64,000 bases of DNA from Azolla caroliniana (lineage: Eukaryota > Plantae > Polypodiophyta), in the NCBI GenBank assembly GCA_043228905.1, contig JBHGNT010000006.1, positions 17,112,001-17,176,000 of the forward strand, in the 5' to 3' direction. Below, in pieces: positions 10,620 to 22,480 of the stretch (positions within the stretch are counted from its first letter, which is position 1; each line of letters begins with the position of its first letter). The notes under the pieces were generated by a model that did not search any database, was not told the DNA's origin, and worked only from the letters and a program-made list of their open reading frames with translations. The position numbers and the translations under genes are program-made.

Positions 10620-12423
10620 GATCTGTACAACCCATTAGTGGTTCCATTCCTTCCAAGCAAGTTAGCAATGTGTTCCTAGCCCAAGTCATTGTTAGTACTA
10701 AAAGTACTCCCCTAGTACCCGTCCTAGCACTTTTAGATTCCAGAGCTAATTCATGTTTCATGGATCGAAATTTTGCCCAAGCTTCTCAGATATCCTTAAG
10801 AAAACTTCCTTGTCCCACATCTGTAGTAGTCATTGATGGTCGTCCCATTGCTTCCGGGAATATTATAGAAGAATCAGAACCCATTCAAGTTGTCCTAGGT
10901 AGTTTTGTGTGTGTAATATCATTTAATATAATTAGTAGTCCAGAGCATCCCATTGTCCTAGGATTACCTTGGTTTGAATTACATAATCCAGCCATAGATT
11001 GGAGAACAAGAGAAGTCCGATATCGACCACCCCAAGAATCAACTCACCAAGTTTCGACCATTTCACTCCATCAACTACGCGAAGAAGGACCCAAGGAGGC
11101 AATGTTCCTATTTGCAATATCAGTACATCCTTCCAGCACTATTAAGAAGGACTCCTCAGTACAACTTCCCGCAAAATATCATCTTTATGCCGATGTATTT
11201 GACAAGGTAAAAGCCGGTACCCTTCCTCATCACCGTCCCTATGACTGTCCCATCGATTTACAACCAGGAACCGAGCCACCATGGGGACCAATTTACAACT
11301 TGTCACCCATCGAGTTAGAAGTCCTTCGAGCCTACATAGAGGAGAACTTGGCAAGCGGGTTCATCCACCATTCGAAATCTCCGACTGGTGCACCCATCTT
11401 CTTTGTCAAGAAGAAAGATGGCTCACTTCGTCTTGTCGTTGATTACTGCGGATTGAATAAAGTCACCATCCGGAATAGGTATGCACTTCCTCTTATATCA
11501 AGTCTTTTAGAGCGAGTTAATGGTGCCAAGTTTTTTACTAAAATCGACCTACGAGGAGCGTATAATCTCGTGCGGATCCGACCGGGAGATGAGTGGAAGA
11601 CCGCCTTTCGCACGCGGTATGGGCATTTCGAGTATACTGTTATGCCGTTTGGCCTAACCAATGCACCCGCAGTCTTCCAACACATGGCAAATGATATATT
11701 CAGAGACCTCTTGGATATCTGTTTGATCATTTATCTGGATGATTTGTTGATTTATTCGAAGACCCAGGAAGAGCACGATTCTCATGTACTATTAGTACTA
11801 AAGCGACTCTGCGAGAATGGTCTTTATGCCAAGTTAGATAAATGTAGATTTGACTGCAAGCAAGTGGAATTTCTAGGCTACGTCATCTCCTCAAAGGGCA
11901 TCGCCATGGATCCAACTAAAATCCAAACTGTACTAGAGTGGCAAATTCCACGGTCGGTACGAGATGTACAATGTTTTCTAGGTTTTGCTAACTTCTACCG
12001 TAAGTTTATACAGGATTACTCGAAGATTATTTTACCTCTCACACAACTTACGAAGAAGGGCCAAGCATTTCTTTGGTCCGTAGAACCAGATATGGGTTTT
12101 CGGCATCTTAAGAAAGCCTTTACATCAGCACCGATTCTAGCTCATGTGGATACAAGCAAACCATTCATCATGGAGGCCAACGCATCAGATTTCGCCCTCG
12201 GTAGCATCCTTTCTCAACAAGGCGATAAAGAAGCGTTGCATCCGGTGGCTTTCCATTCGCGCAAATTCGATGTCGCAGAAATCAACTACGAAATACATGA
12301 CAAGGAGTTATTAGCCATCGTGGATTCATTTGTACAATGGCGGCATTTCTTAGAGGGCTCTCCACATCAGGTCATTGTCTTTAGCGATCATAAAAATCTT
12401 GCTTATTTTCAGAACGCTCGCGT
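10574..12423 (+). pseudogene. pol: Element D pol, 5' part: protease, RT, RNase H
   Basis: ALLDS protease motif, [36 protein letters not shown]. Cut at 12424 by element P. Confidence 0.93.
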
Positions 12424-13070
12424 TGTCGTGCCTTTCGGCTCCGGATCGTTGCGTGAGTCGGGTGGGAACCACAGAGGTCTTGGACTAGGAGAAAGAAGTT
12501 CGTGAGATAGAGATTAATTATGAGTAAATAGCAAAGAGAAAGATAAGAAACTCGTGAATCACACGAGTATCCTATTTTAATTGGTACTTAGGGTGTTAAG
12601 AGAGAAGTAGATGTATAAATCGTGAATCCCACGAATAATTTTTGTATTGAAAATATATTTAATCCAAATAATCAACAAAAACTACAATGTGCTCCCCATC
12701 CTTATATAGTGATGGGAGAGACTAAGCATAGCTACATGCTTTTTCTCATATGTTCATGCACACTAAATGTGCATGTGATGCTTTTTTTTATTTCCTAAGT
12801 ATAGGGCTCATGCACACTAGATGTGCATGAGTTATTTTTAGTGTCTCGTTTTTCTTTTTCATATATTAAAAAAATACACGATTTACCTTTTAATAAAGGT
12901 ATGCATAAATAAAGGTCTTATACGTATTAAATCTATATTTAAAACACTTGAGATAAGTTAATGTAATGGTAAGGTTGGGGTTTGTCAACGTGGAGGTGCA
13001 GAGTTCGAATCACGCCCTGCGCAGTAGTGAGTATTTCCTTTCCTTTTACATTTATGTCTCTTTATCCGGC

Positions 13071-13205
13071 TCTTCCTTGCCGGTATGCCGTTTTCTTCCT
13101 TGCCGGTATGCCGTTTTCCTCCTTGCCGGTTTCCTCCTTGCCGGTATGCCGTTTTCTTCCTTGCCGGTATGCCGTTTTCCTCCTTGCCGGTATGCCGTTT
13201 TCTTC
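13071..13205 (+). repeat. 23-bp tandem repeat (TTTTCYTCCTTGCCGGTATGCCG) in the P LTR
   Basis: The left LTR has one more unit than the right LTR (about 19601-19712). Confidence 0.9.
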
Positions 13206-13273
13206 CGGTTCTCACCGAGCACTCCATTCTCTATCCGGAGAGACAAAAATATAATTTCCACATAGTGTGCAAC

Positions 13274-16200
13274 CTACACTACGACACTCGCCCCCTCCAA
13301 ACCCGCACATCCTCCGGTATGTGCCGAAGTTCTTGATTCCTCGTATCCGTCTTCACCCGAAGCTTCCTCCGATTCTCCCCTTATGTCGACTATGAGTTGT
13401 AATCCACTTTCTTCGCTTCCCGCATCATTGTGGTCTTCGTCCGATTGCTCCTCGTTGTCGGTCTCGACTTGGATCACATAAGGTTTGTCGTCGGTCCGCT
13501 TCTTGAAAATCTTCACCCGCTTCCCGGCTATAGGCACTCGTAGTATTGTTCCATCCAACTCGGACAGTCGGTACGTCCCGTTGTCGAAGACCTTCCGAAC
13601 CTCGTACGGCCCGAACCACCTTTTCGCGAATTTCCGCATCGTTGTATGTTGATGGTCCAAGCTACTATCATAGACGATCACCCAATCTCCTTCTTCAATC
13701 CTCCTCGGTCGTAGTCGGTGCTTTGTGTCGAACCGGCTTTTGTTCCGGAACCGTGCTTCTTGTTGTCAGCGTGACGCTTCCGCTACATCTTTCGGTCTTC
13801 CCTCCAGTTGTCGTATCCGGACCGCTAGTAGCTCTTCCCGGCTCATCTCTTCCTTCCACGGTAGTATTGTCCAAGTCGCGATTGCGGTTTCCGTTGGCAT
13901 TACCGGTGCTTGTCCGGTCATGAGTTCTGCCGGCATGTAACCGGTCACGAAGCTATGCGTCGTCCGATCCGCCCATAGTGCATATGGAAGCATTTGTGGC
14001 CAATCCTTCACCCTTCCGTCGCATGCCTTCGCAAGTGCTTTCACGATCGGACTATGTCCTCGTTCGATCTTCCCGTTGGCCTCCGGATTGTAGGCCGTTG
14101 TCAACGTTAACCGAACTCCATGTTTGGCGAAGAATCCCCTAGCTTCGTCCGAGTCGAGTTCTCCCCGGTCCGCAATCACTTGTCCTACGCAGCCGTACCT
14201 ACAAAACACTTCTTCCAAAAGAAATTGGCACACCGCGGCACACGTTTTCCTCCGAAGCGCTCGACCTTCAACTTGGTTTGTGAGATCTTCTCGAGCTAAC
14301 ACCAAGTATTTCTTTTGTCCAATCCCGGTCGGCATAGCTACAATGTCGACCATCCACTTGAAGTTGATTGTCGATGAGAATGTCGGATGCAGCTCATCTC
14401 GGTGTCGGACCCCGGAGTAGACTTGACATTTCTCGCAGCTTTCTGTGAACTCCGCGACATCTTTATACATGTTCTTCCACCAATATCTTTGCTTGATTTT
14501 CACAAAAGTTGCCCATGTTCCTCGATGTCCAGCCCAATCGGATTCGTGGAACTCGGACATTATCCGGTTTCGTTGCTCTTTCGTCCCGACTACTCGAAGT
14601 GGTATCCCATCCGGTCTTTTCGGCGTCCTCCATATTAAACCGTTTTCCAAGAAGAACTTTTGGACTTGCCTCTTCTTCCTTCGGATCTCGGCTCTCCTTT
14701 CTTTATCATTGGTTGAATCCTCGACCTCTTGTAGCATCTTCCCGATCATCAAGGTTTCCCCCTCGTATTCTTCTTCCCGGAATTCTCGGATCACGTTCAC
14801 TCGGCATATGTGTTCTGACGTGAAGTAGTCTTCGGAAACTTCTTCATTATCTGATTCGGTTATGTCGTCTTCAAACCGCGCCCTCGATAACATGTCCGCT
14901 ACCGCGTTGTCCTTCCCCGAGATGTGTCGAACCTCCGGATTAAGTGACTTGACATATGCAATCCACCTTAGCATAGCCACATCCGGTATCGTACAACACC
15001 GCATCATCCCGAGTATCGGAAGACAATCCGTCTCGATCACCACTTCAGCTCCGATCAAATAATCCCGATCCGATTTTATCGCCGACACGACTCCCCACAA
15101 TTCTCTTTTGACTTGTGCATATCCGCGTTGCCTTTCGTTGAGGACCTTTGCTCCAAATCGGATCGGATACCGCGAACCATCCGAGTCGGCTTGATTGATG
15201 ACCCACCCGATACCGGTTGGACTTGTATCAACCGTTACTATGATTGGCCGCTCGTAGCTTGGCTTCTTAAGTGATTCCGCCCTCCATAGTGTCTTCTTGA
15301 GCTTCCTCATGGCTTTAGTGTGTTCCGGTTTCCACTCGAATTTCTTACCTTTCCGCAACAAGTGATAGAGCGGGTCCGCTATATGTGCATAGTGCGGAAT
15401 CCATATGTGATAGAATGCACACGCACCCAGAAACCTTCGGACTTCCGATGTTGACTCACATACTTCCTTCATAGCTTGAATCGCATCGATCTTTGTTGGT
15501 GACGGTCTTCGGCCGTAGGGTCCACATAGATGTCCGACCACCAATATTTCTTCTTGCCCGAATGCCGATTTCTCCCCGGAAAGTGTTAGGTGCACATCTT
15601 CTAGCTTTCGCAACACTTTCTCGCAATCATGAATATGGTCGACCACGAACTTTCGGCATCCCCGATCATCCATAGTCTCATCTTTTTCTTCCACCGCGCA
15701 TCCTTTTATCGGAATGTCATCTAGAAACGGCATCGTTATCTCCGGGATGCAATCTCGAAGCACCTTGTTCATCGCGTTCATCATATGTGCAACCGAGTTT
15801 GTCGCTCCTTGTGGTAGTGTGCACATTCGAACTAGTCCTATCGGTGTCCGCATGGTAGTGATGTCTCGGCTCTCCACGGCTAGTTGGAATTGGTCATACC
15901 CCGAGTATAGGTCCCCGATGGAGTATATCGCACGTCCGGCAAAAGCTTCCGCGAATTCGTCCACTATCGGACCGACTCCCGAGTTCCGGATCGTGACCTT
16001 GTTCACCGGTTGCAAGTCTTGGATGAATCGGAGTGACCCATTCTTCTTCGGAACCGTAAACCATCGATTTGAGTACGGAGCACTTGATGGCTCTAGAATC
16101 CCCATCGCCACCTTCTCCTTGAGCAAGTCGATGACTTTCGGAATATGCGCCCGTGGCACCGGAATCGGCTTCAGGTTCCACGGTACATGATCAATCGTGA

Positions 16201-16879
16201 AAATCACCATCGGCTCCACTATCTTTGGATCAATGCATCCGATCTCCCTCGATGTGAACGCGAATGCTTTGCCATGTTGCTCCAACATCTCTCGAAACCG
16301 TTTTTCTTCTTCTTGTAAGAGGAACCCACCTCCACCGATCCGAAGTTTCTTCCGGGTCTCATCTGTGAAGGCATGTCCGATATCCACGGTCTTCCGAAGT
16401 GTCGGGTCTCCCGAGACTTCTTTCCTCTTTTGTTCGCTATCGGCGGGTAGTGGTCCCGCGGCCGGTTTCACCTTCTTCTCCACGGTCTTGTATTTCGTAC
16501 TTACCATTGCTTCTTCTTTGCGGAGCGTATCCGGCTCCATTTTCGCAATGATCTCGTACATCTCGACCGATTCCACCGGGACTACCCGGTTCCCTTGGCT
16601 TTTATCTTCCGCAAGCTCTTCAAGCCGTTGTAGTGTATTCCCATAGAACACTTCCTCGATCACTCCCACGATTTCTTCGTCTTCTTTTATTATTGATGCC
16701 GACCGTAACTTATCCTCCACTTGTCGGTATTGTTTCTTCATTCCTCCGGTTACGGCCGTGTACGTAGATGCCCCATCCGGGCCGATTCGTACTTGTTTTG
16801 CTCCGAGAGTTTTCTTCCTGTGTGGGGTATCAGGGCTTCTCGGACTATCACTTCCCCACTCCGCAACAGTCCGCTTTAA
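13274..16879 (-). CDS. pol: Element P RT-RNase H-integrase polyprotein, entered by -1 frameshift; single premature TGA at 13766-13768
   Basis: DLYSGY, LPQG, FLDD, VDTS, integrase HHCC and DDE motifs, RWFGPY. The frame is open from 16879 to the ATG at 16741 and resumes in frame after the TGA. Confidence 0.88.
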
Positions 16880-16885
16880 AAATCC
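16822..16885 (-). promoter_or_regulatory. Putative -1 frameshift signal of P: G GAT TTT plus H-type pseudoknot
   Basis: Stem 1 CGGACTGTTGC/GTGATAGTCCG; loop GTGGGG pairs with downstream CCCCAC. Confidence 0.75.
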
Positions 16886-18915
16886 ATTCTCACTTGGGAC
16901 AAGAGTTCCCTCTTGTTCCTTTCGTGATTTGCCGGCACCGTTAGGAATTGGACGGATTTCCCTCCGTTTTGGCTCCGAATTCGCGCAAAAGCCGCACCAC
17001 TATCGAGCACCTTCGTCTCCATCCGTGAAGCCGTGATAAAGGGTTGGCCGAGGATGACAGAATGTGAAACCTCATCCTGCACAAAGAAATTTTGGTCAAT
17101 TTCGACATCCCCGATCTTTACCGTCACATCCGGACAAGCCGCAAATAGGTCTTCTGTCGTTTTCGTGGCTGCCCGAATCTTCCATCCAGGGTTGGTGTTT
17201 ATAGGCCACTTCCCCTTTCGGTAGAACTCCTTGGACATCAAGTTGATCTCCGACCCGTGATCAATCAATGCTAGCACGGGTTCTTTGATGTTGCCGATTC
17301 GGACCGGAGTCTCTGTAGTCGCACGTGCCCAGTGTGGCCTTGTATAGTGGGAGTTCGGAATTTCGCCTTCCACTTCGGTGTCGTTCATTGAAACGGTATT
17401 TGCATTTACCCTTGGAGCATTTTCCTCCGTACTTTGTCTCTTCCTTTTCACGAGATCCACGAGAAGATCGTGAAACTCCTTCTTCGCTATTCCGAGTAGT
17501 TCCCGCAACGAAAAATCTACCCGGCTATCCAAGATTCTTTCCTCGAACACTCTTTTCAAGTCGGTTTGTTGTTCTATGTCCGAGGCGAGCTTGAATGCCG
17601 GAGTCGCCTTTTCTTTTCCCTTACCTCCGGAGTTCCAGCTTTCCGGTATCTTCGATGGTCCGGCCGCATCCTCCGTGCGCCGTCGTTTCTCATCCACATA
17701 CACCTCATGTAATTGACACAGGGCGTATATGCTATTCTTGTCGACAGGGCACTCCCATCCCGTAGCTTCCCGGACGCCTTCCGCGGTGTTTCGGATATCG
17801 TTGGAGTCGGTTTTCTCGGTGTTTCCTAGCACCTCCGGCCAAAAAGACGCCTTCGCTCCCGATGACTCCCCGACACATATTCCCGCGGTTGTCGCATAGT
17901 TGCTTCTTGCCGCTAACTCCTCCTCGAGCACCTTCTTCATGCCGCCTTTCCGGAAGTTCGGTCGGAGTGGCTTCCGAGAGTCCATCGAATGAATCCGGTT
18001 TCCCTCGTAGTAGATGAGATCCCGTCGTAGCGCCTCCTTATGGTCGTCGCAATCCCTCCGATCGTGTTCGGCGCTATCGCACCATATGCACCGTCGATCC
18101 GTATATTTGGAGCTTGTGGGGCGGTCATCCGACTTCTTCACCATCGCGATCTTTAGATTCTCCATCTCCTTCAGCAGCTGCTCCACCGTAGACGCGTCGA
18201 CTCCCTTCTCGGCCGTAATCTCCCGAGCCCTCGGTTGATGGTCTTCCAGTCCCGTTCTCGGTTTCGGAATCGGTTCCGAAACCCTCTTTTCTTCGTTGGC
18301 AAGCCATTGCCCCCTCTTCGTGTACCGCGCGACGATATCCCGCACGCTTTCCCATGTTTCGGTGAGGCCGCTTTCGGTGGTCGTGTCCTCAAGAAGCACT
18401 CCGAGATCTTTCCGGTCCCGGACGTCCACAGCTCGCAAAAACATGATGACTTTGTCCGGCGCAAGAATAGTTTGATCTCTCGCGGACAACCTCCCGAACC
18501 GACTTTCGAATGTCGAAAACACTTCGAGGACCTTCAGCCCCTTACCTGACGTTTCCACCCAATCCTCGAATCCCCTCCGCGTTGCCTTGGAGGAGTCCTC
18601 GATTGCAAACGTGGTCTTTAACGCCTCTTCGAATGCTTCCCACGTCGGATTTTGTTGTTGCAACCCGTGGATACTCCCTTGAAGCTCGTCGGTCGCCACC
18701 CGGTTAAAGGATGTCACTTGTAGTCCTTCCGAAGCCCGGCACCGGAGCATCTCCGCCTTGTAGTCCTGCAAATATCGCGACACATCCTTACCATTAAATT
18801 GCCCGTTGCGTTGCACGAGCCGCTCTACTGATGCCGAAATCTCCGACATCGTGCGTTGTTCTTGAAGCATCCGTTCGAACATCGCCATCATATTGTTAGC
18901 TTGTTGAGCCTCCAT
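16876..18915 (-). CDS. gag: Element P Gag-protease
   Basis: Intact ORF whose first ATG after the PBS is at 18915. Zinc knuckle CIWCDSAEHDRRDC, protease ALIDHGSEIN and ILGQPF. Confidence 0.88.
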   Translation of the reverse strand: MEAQQANNMMAMFERMLQEQRTMSEISASVERLVQRNGQFNGKDVSRYLQDYKAEMLRCRASEGLQVTSFNRVATDELQGSIHGLQQQNPTWEAFEEALKTTFAIEDSSKATRRGFEDWVETSGKGLKVLEVFSTFESRFGRLSARDQTILAPDKVIMFLRAVDVRDRKDLGVLLEDTTTESGLTETWESVRDIVARYTKRGQWLANEEKRVSEPIPKPRTGLEDHQPRAREITAEKGVDASTVEQLLKEMENLKIAMVKKSDDRPTSSKYTDRRCIWCDSAEHDRRDCDDHKEALRRDLIYYEGNRIHSMDSRKPLRPNFRKGGMKKVLEEELAARSNYATTAGICVGESSGAKASFWPEVLGNTEKTDSNDIRNTAEGVREATGWECPVDKNSIYALCQLHEVYVDEKRRRTEDAAGPSKIPESWNSGGKGKEKATPAFKLASDIEQQTDLKRVFEERILDSRVDFSLRELLGIAKKEFHDLLVDLVKRKRQSTEENAPRVNANTVSMNDTEVEGEIPNSHYTRPHWARATTETPVRIGNIKEPVLALIDHGSEINLMSKEFYRKGKWPINTNPGWKIRAATKTTEDLFAACPDVTVKIGDVEIDQNFFVQDEVSHSVILGQPFITASRMETKVLDSGAAFARIRSQNGGKSVQFLTVPANHERNKRELLSQVRMDF

Positions 18916-18931
18916 CTCCTTGCCACCCGTC

Positions 18932-18949
18932 TTCACGTCGGGTTCACCA
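18932..18949 (-). promoter_or_regulatory. PBS complementary to tRNA-Trp
   Basis: Plus strand TTCACGTCGGGTTCACCA matches the 3' end of plant cytosolic tRNA-Trp (from recall) and lies 4 nt from the LTR. Confidence 0.85.
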
Positions 18950-19797
18950 ACTGTGTTGTGCCTTTCGGCTCCGGATCGTTGCGTGAGTCGGGTGGGAACC
19001 ACAGAGGTCTTGGACTAGGAGAAAGAAGTTCGTGAGATAGAGATTAATTATGAGTAAATAGCAAAGAGAAAGATAAGAAACTCGTGAATCACACGAGTAT
19101 CCTATTTTAATTGGTACTTAGGGTGTTAAGAGAGAAGTAGATGTATAAATCGTGAATCCCACGAATAATTTTTGTATTGAAAATATATTTAATCCAAATA
19201 ATCAACAAAAACTACAATGTGCTCCCCATCCTTATATAGTGATGGGAGAGACTAAGCATAGCTACATGCTTTTTCTCATATGTTCATGCACACTAAATGT
19301 GCATGTGATGCTTTTTTTTATTTCCTAAGTATAGGGCTCATGCACACTAGATGTGCATGAGTTATTTTTAGTGTCTCGTTTTTCTTTTTCATATATTAAA
19401 AAAATACATGATTTATCTTTTAATAAAGGTATGCATAAATAAAGGTCTTATACGTATTAAATCTATATTTAAAACACTTGAGATAAGTTAATGTAATGGT
19501 AAGGTTGGGGTTTGTCAACGTGGAGGTGCAGAGTTCGAATCACGCCCTGCGCAGTAGTGAGTATTTCCTTTCCTTTTACATTTATGTCTCTTTATCCGGC
19601 TCTTCCTTGCCGGTATGCCGTTTTCTTCCTTGCCGGTATGCCGTTTTCCTCCTTGCCGGTTTCCTCCTTGCCGGTATGCCGTTTTCTTCCTTGCCGGTAT
19701 GCCGTTTTCTTCCGGTTCTCACCGAGCACTCCATTCTCTATCCGGAGAGACAAAAATATAATTTCCACATAGTGTGCAACCTACACTACGACAGCGT

Positions 19798-21496
19798 ACT
19801 AAATCGATGGCAAGCTCGGTGGGCGCAATTCCTCACGCGTTTCGACTTCAAAATCACATATCGACCGGGGAAGTAGCAAGGAAAAGCAGATGCACTATCA
19901 CGGCGTTCATATCTTGCACCTCGTCCTGGTGACGCAACATTTGATAATCAAAAGCAAGTAATCTTGGGACCAACACGATTGCACACGACGCGGATTTTTC
20001 ACACCCCGATGGATTCACGGATTACCGATGACATACGTGCAACCTTGAAGACAGATAGTTTTGCTCAACACATCCTGGCGCACATTGATACGTCTCGGGC
20101 ATCCTGTTCTCAGTCTCAACAACCAGGTATTGACTATTCGAATATCATGATGGTTTGTTATTCTTTAAAAAGCACGTATATGTCCCCGATTGCCCCTATC
20201 GCCTTCAAATCGTCCAACATTGTCACGACACCCTTACGGCGGGACATTTCGGTAGTACTAAGACGTTGGAGCTAGTGCATCGATCTTTTTGGTGGCCCCA
20301 CATGCGCCGTTTTGTCGACGACTACGTTCGGACCTGTGATGCTTGCTGCTGAGCAAAGATGCCACGACACCATCCATATGGCTTGTTGGAACCTTTACCG
20401 ATTCCAAGTAAGCCATGGCAGTCTATTTGTCTTGATTTTATCACAGATCTGCCGGTCTCGAAGGGGTTCGATGCTATCCTAACCGTCGTCGATCGATATA
20501 CGAAGATGGCACATTTTGTGCCACGTACTAAAGCCATCACTAGCGAGGAAACCGTCGCTCTTGTTATGCGTGAGGTATTTCGGCATCATGGCCTCCCAAA
20601 CAGTATTATCAGTGACCGAGGCCTGCAATTTGTCTCCAAATTTTGGCAGCATCTCTTCAAGATGCTCAAGGTCTCCTGCAACCTCTCCTCCGGCTACCAT
20701 CCTCAGACCGACGGACAGGTGGAACGAACAAACCAAACGCTGGAGCAATATCTCCGGTGTTTCCTGAGTTATCAACAGGACGATTGGGCCGAGATTCTCC
20801 ACATTGCGGAGTTTGCGTATAATAATGCTATTCACTCCTCGACTCGGGTCTCCCCATTTTTCGCTTATACCGGTTTCCATCCTCGCTGGTCGATGATCGA
20901 CACTCCGGAGCTACCTACCAACCCTCGTGCCGAGGATCATTTGGAGAGGCTACGCAAGATCCAGATGGATCTCTCTACTCACCTTCGTCATGCTCAACAC
21001 ACACAGAAGACTTATGCGGATCGTCATCGGATTCCCTCCTCTTTGGCCATTGGAGATCGAGTATGGCTCTTACGTCGTCACATCAAGACTACTCGACCGT
21101 GCGACAAGTTGGATTATCGACGACTCGGTCCTTTTCGTATTACGGGGAAGATTAATGATGTCACCTTCCGCCTTGATCTCCCTCCGCAGCTTTAGATACA
21201 TTCGGTTTTCCATTGTTCTCTTCTTGAGCCTTATAAAAAAAAACACCATTCACGATAGTGTGACACCACCGCCGCCACCGCTGGAGTATGAAGTTGCTGC
21301 CATCCTCGATTCCAAACTTGTTCGCAACAAACTTTATTACTTGGTCGATTGGCTCGGTTATAGTCCGAGCGAACGTACTTGGGAACCCGTCGAGCATGTT
21401 GCCAATGCACAAGATCTTCTTGCTGATTTCCACCGAAAGTATCCGGACAAACCCGGTCCGCAATTAGCGCCGACTCGTTCCACTCGTCGTCTTTAA
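19798..21496 (+). pseudogene. pol: Element D pol, 3' part: integrase and group-I chromodomain
   Basis: LNRWQARW resumes after the TSD; DFITDLP, SDRG, YHPQTDGQ; EYEVAAILDS..YYLVDWLGY..TWEP. Confidence 0.92.
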
Positions 21497-21938
21497 GGAG
21501 GAGATAGTGTCATGATATGGCAAGACTCGAACCCATGACCTTATGCTACATGGGTCGAGCTCTTACCATTAGACTATGAATTGTATTTTGTAGAATATTA
21601 TTTTCATTTATGCTTTATCATAGAAAATTGATGTATATTCCAGATCTCTCTAGAACATTCTAGAAGCTTCAGGATTATTCCTAAAAACACTATAAAAGGA
21701 GGCACAAGGCATTGTTTTGAACCAAATTGGTTCAACACCTGTCTTAAGCCTCTTAGCCGATTTGTACTTATCTTTCATATAATATAAGAGCTGCTATCAT
21801 CATCCTATTTCTCTCTCTCTCTTTTTCTCACTTCCTCTCTCTCGGGAATCTTACGCAGTCCCGTCCTCTTAGTACTAATAGTACTACTCTTCTTAGTACT
21901 AATTCCATCTCTGCTTTAGTACTATTCCTGACAGAATA

Positions 21939-22480
21939 AGATTGCCTTCAGCAAGCCTCTTCATCCCCTTCTCACTCATATGCCATAGTCTTTTGTGCCA
22001 CAGCTCACCGGCAGTGTCGGATGCTACGTTCACTTCCTCCTGGCATATCTGGGCATGCATCAGGTACAATGTGTTGATCTTCCGGGCTCGAGCCACAATC
22101 AAGCTTCCCTTGCTGAACTTCATGACTCCGTTCTGGATGCTACTCATGTAGCCTTCACATCTAACGAACCGGCTAATATCAGGATCAGTCGAACCTCTAG
22201 AATGTGTCAGATATCGTTCAACAACAATTTGCATCCGGTTGATGTCGTCAACAACACATCTCCTATGCCGATAATTCGGCATGTACCTTCATTCCCTATT
22301 CGGACACAACCATGATCACCGGCTCTATACGATGAGAAGCATTTCTGATCCAACGTCAGGTGGAACGACGCTCCGAAATCGACAACCCATGTTGTCTCGT
22401 CGCCGACAAAGTTTAACTCATTCTCCTTGGTAATGAGCATCAAATCCTCTTCACTTGTCATGAATGTCGACGTTAATTTC
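21939..22480 (-). pseudogene. A2 protease / GAG-pre-integrase
   Basis: TTWVVDFGASFH and LWHKRLWHMSEKG. Confidence 0.88.

Larger units (their letters stand above)
12424..19793 (-). mobile_element. Young, near-intact non-chromoviral Gypsy P (fungal-like; possibly Phygy-type) with a tRNA-Trp PBS
   Basis: LTRs 12424-13286 and 18954-19793 differ by about 3 substitutions and one 23-bp repeat unit. TSD GCGT/GCGT. PPT GGAGGGGGCGAG (13287-13298). The clade name is tentative. Confidence 0.95.
8935..21933 (+). mobile_element. Ty3/Gypsy chromovirus D (Tcn1/Tf1-like), interrupted by element P
   Basis: LTRs 8935-9362 and 21508-21933 (TGTCA..TGACA), TSD GAATA/GAATA, PPT AAGGAGGAGATAG at 21495-21507, gag-PR-RT-RH-IN-chromodomain order. 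Confidence 0.95.

Noticed and set aside
12966-13336. Repetitive small ORFs in the P LTRs (and at 41251-41808)
   Set aside because: Translations of LTR tandem repeats.
14124-18707. Plus-strand ORFs opposite P gag-pol, and similar antisense ORFs elsewhere
   Set aside because: Shadow ORFs of the coding strand with no independent motifs.
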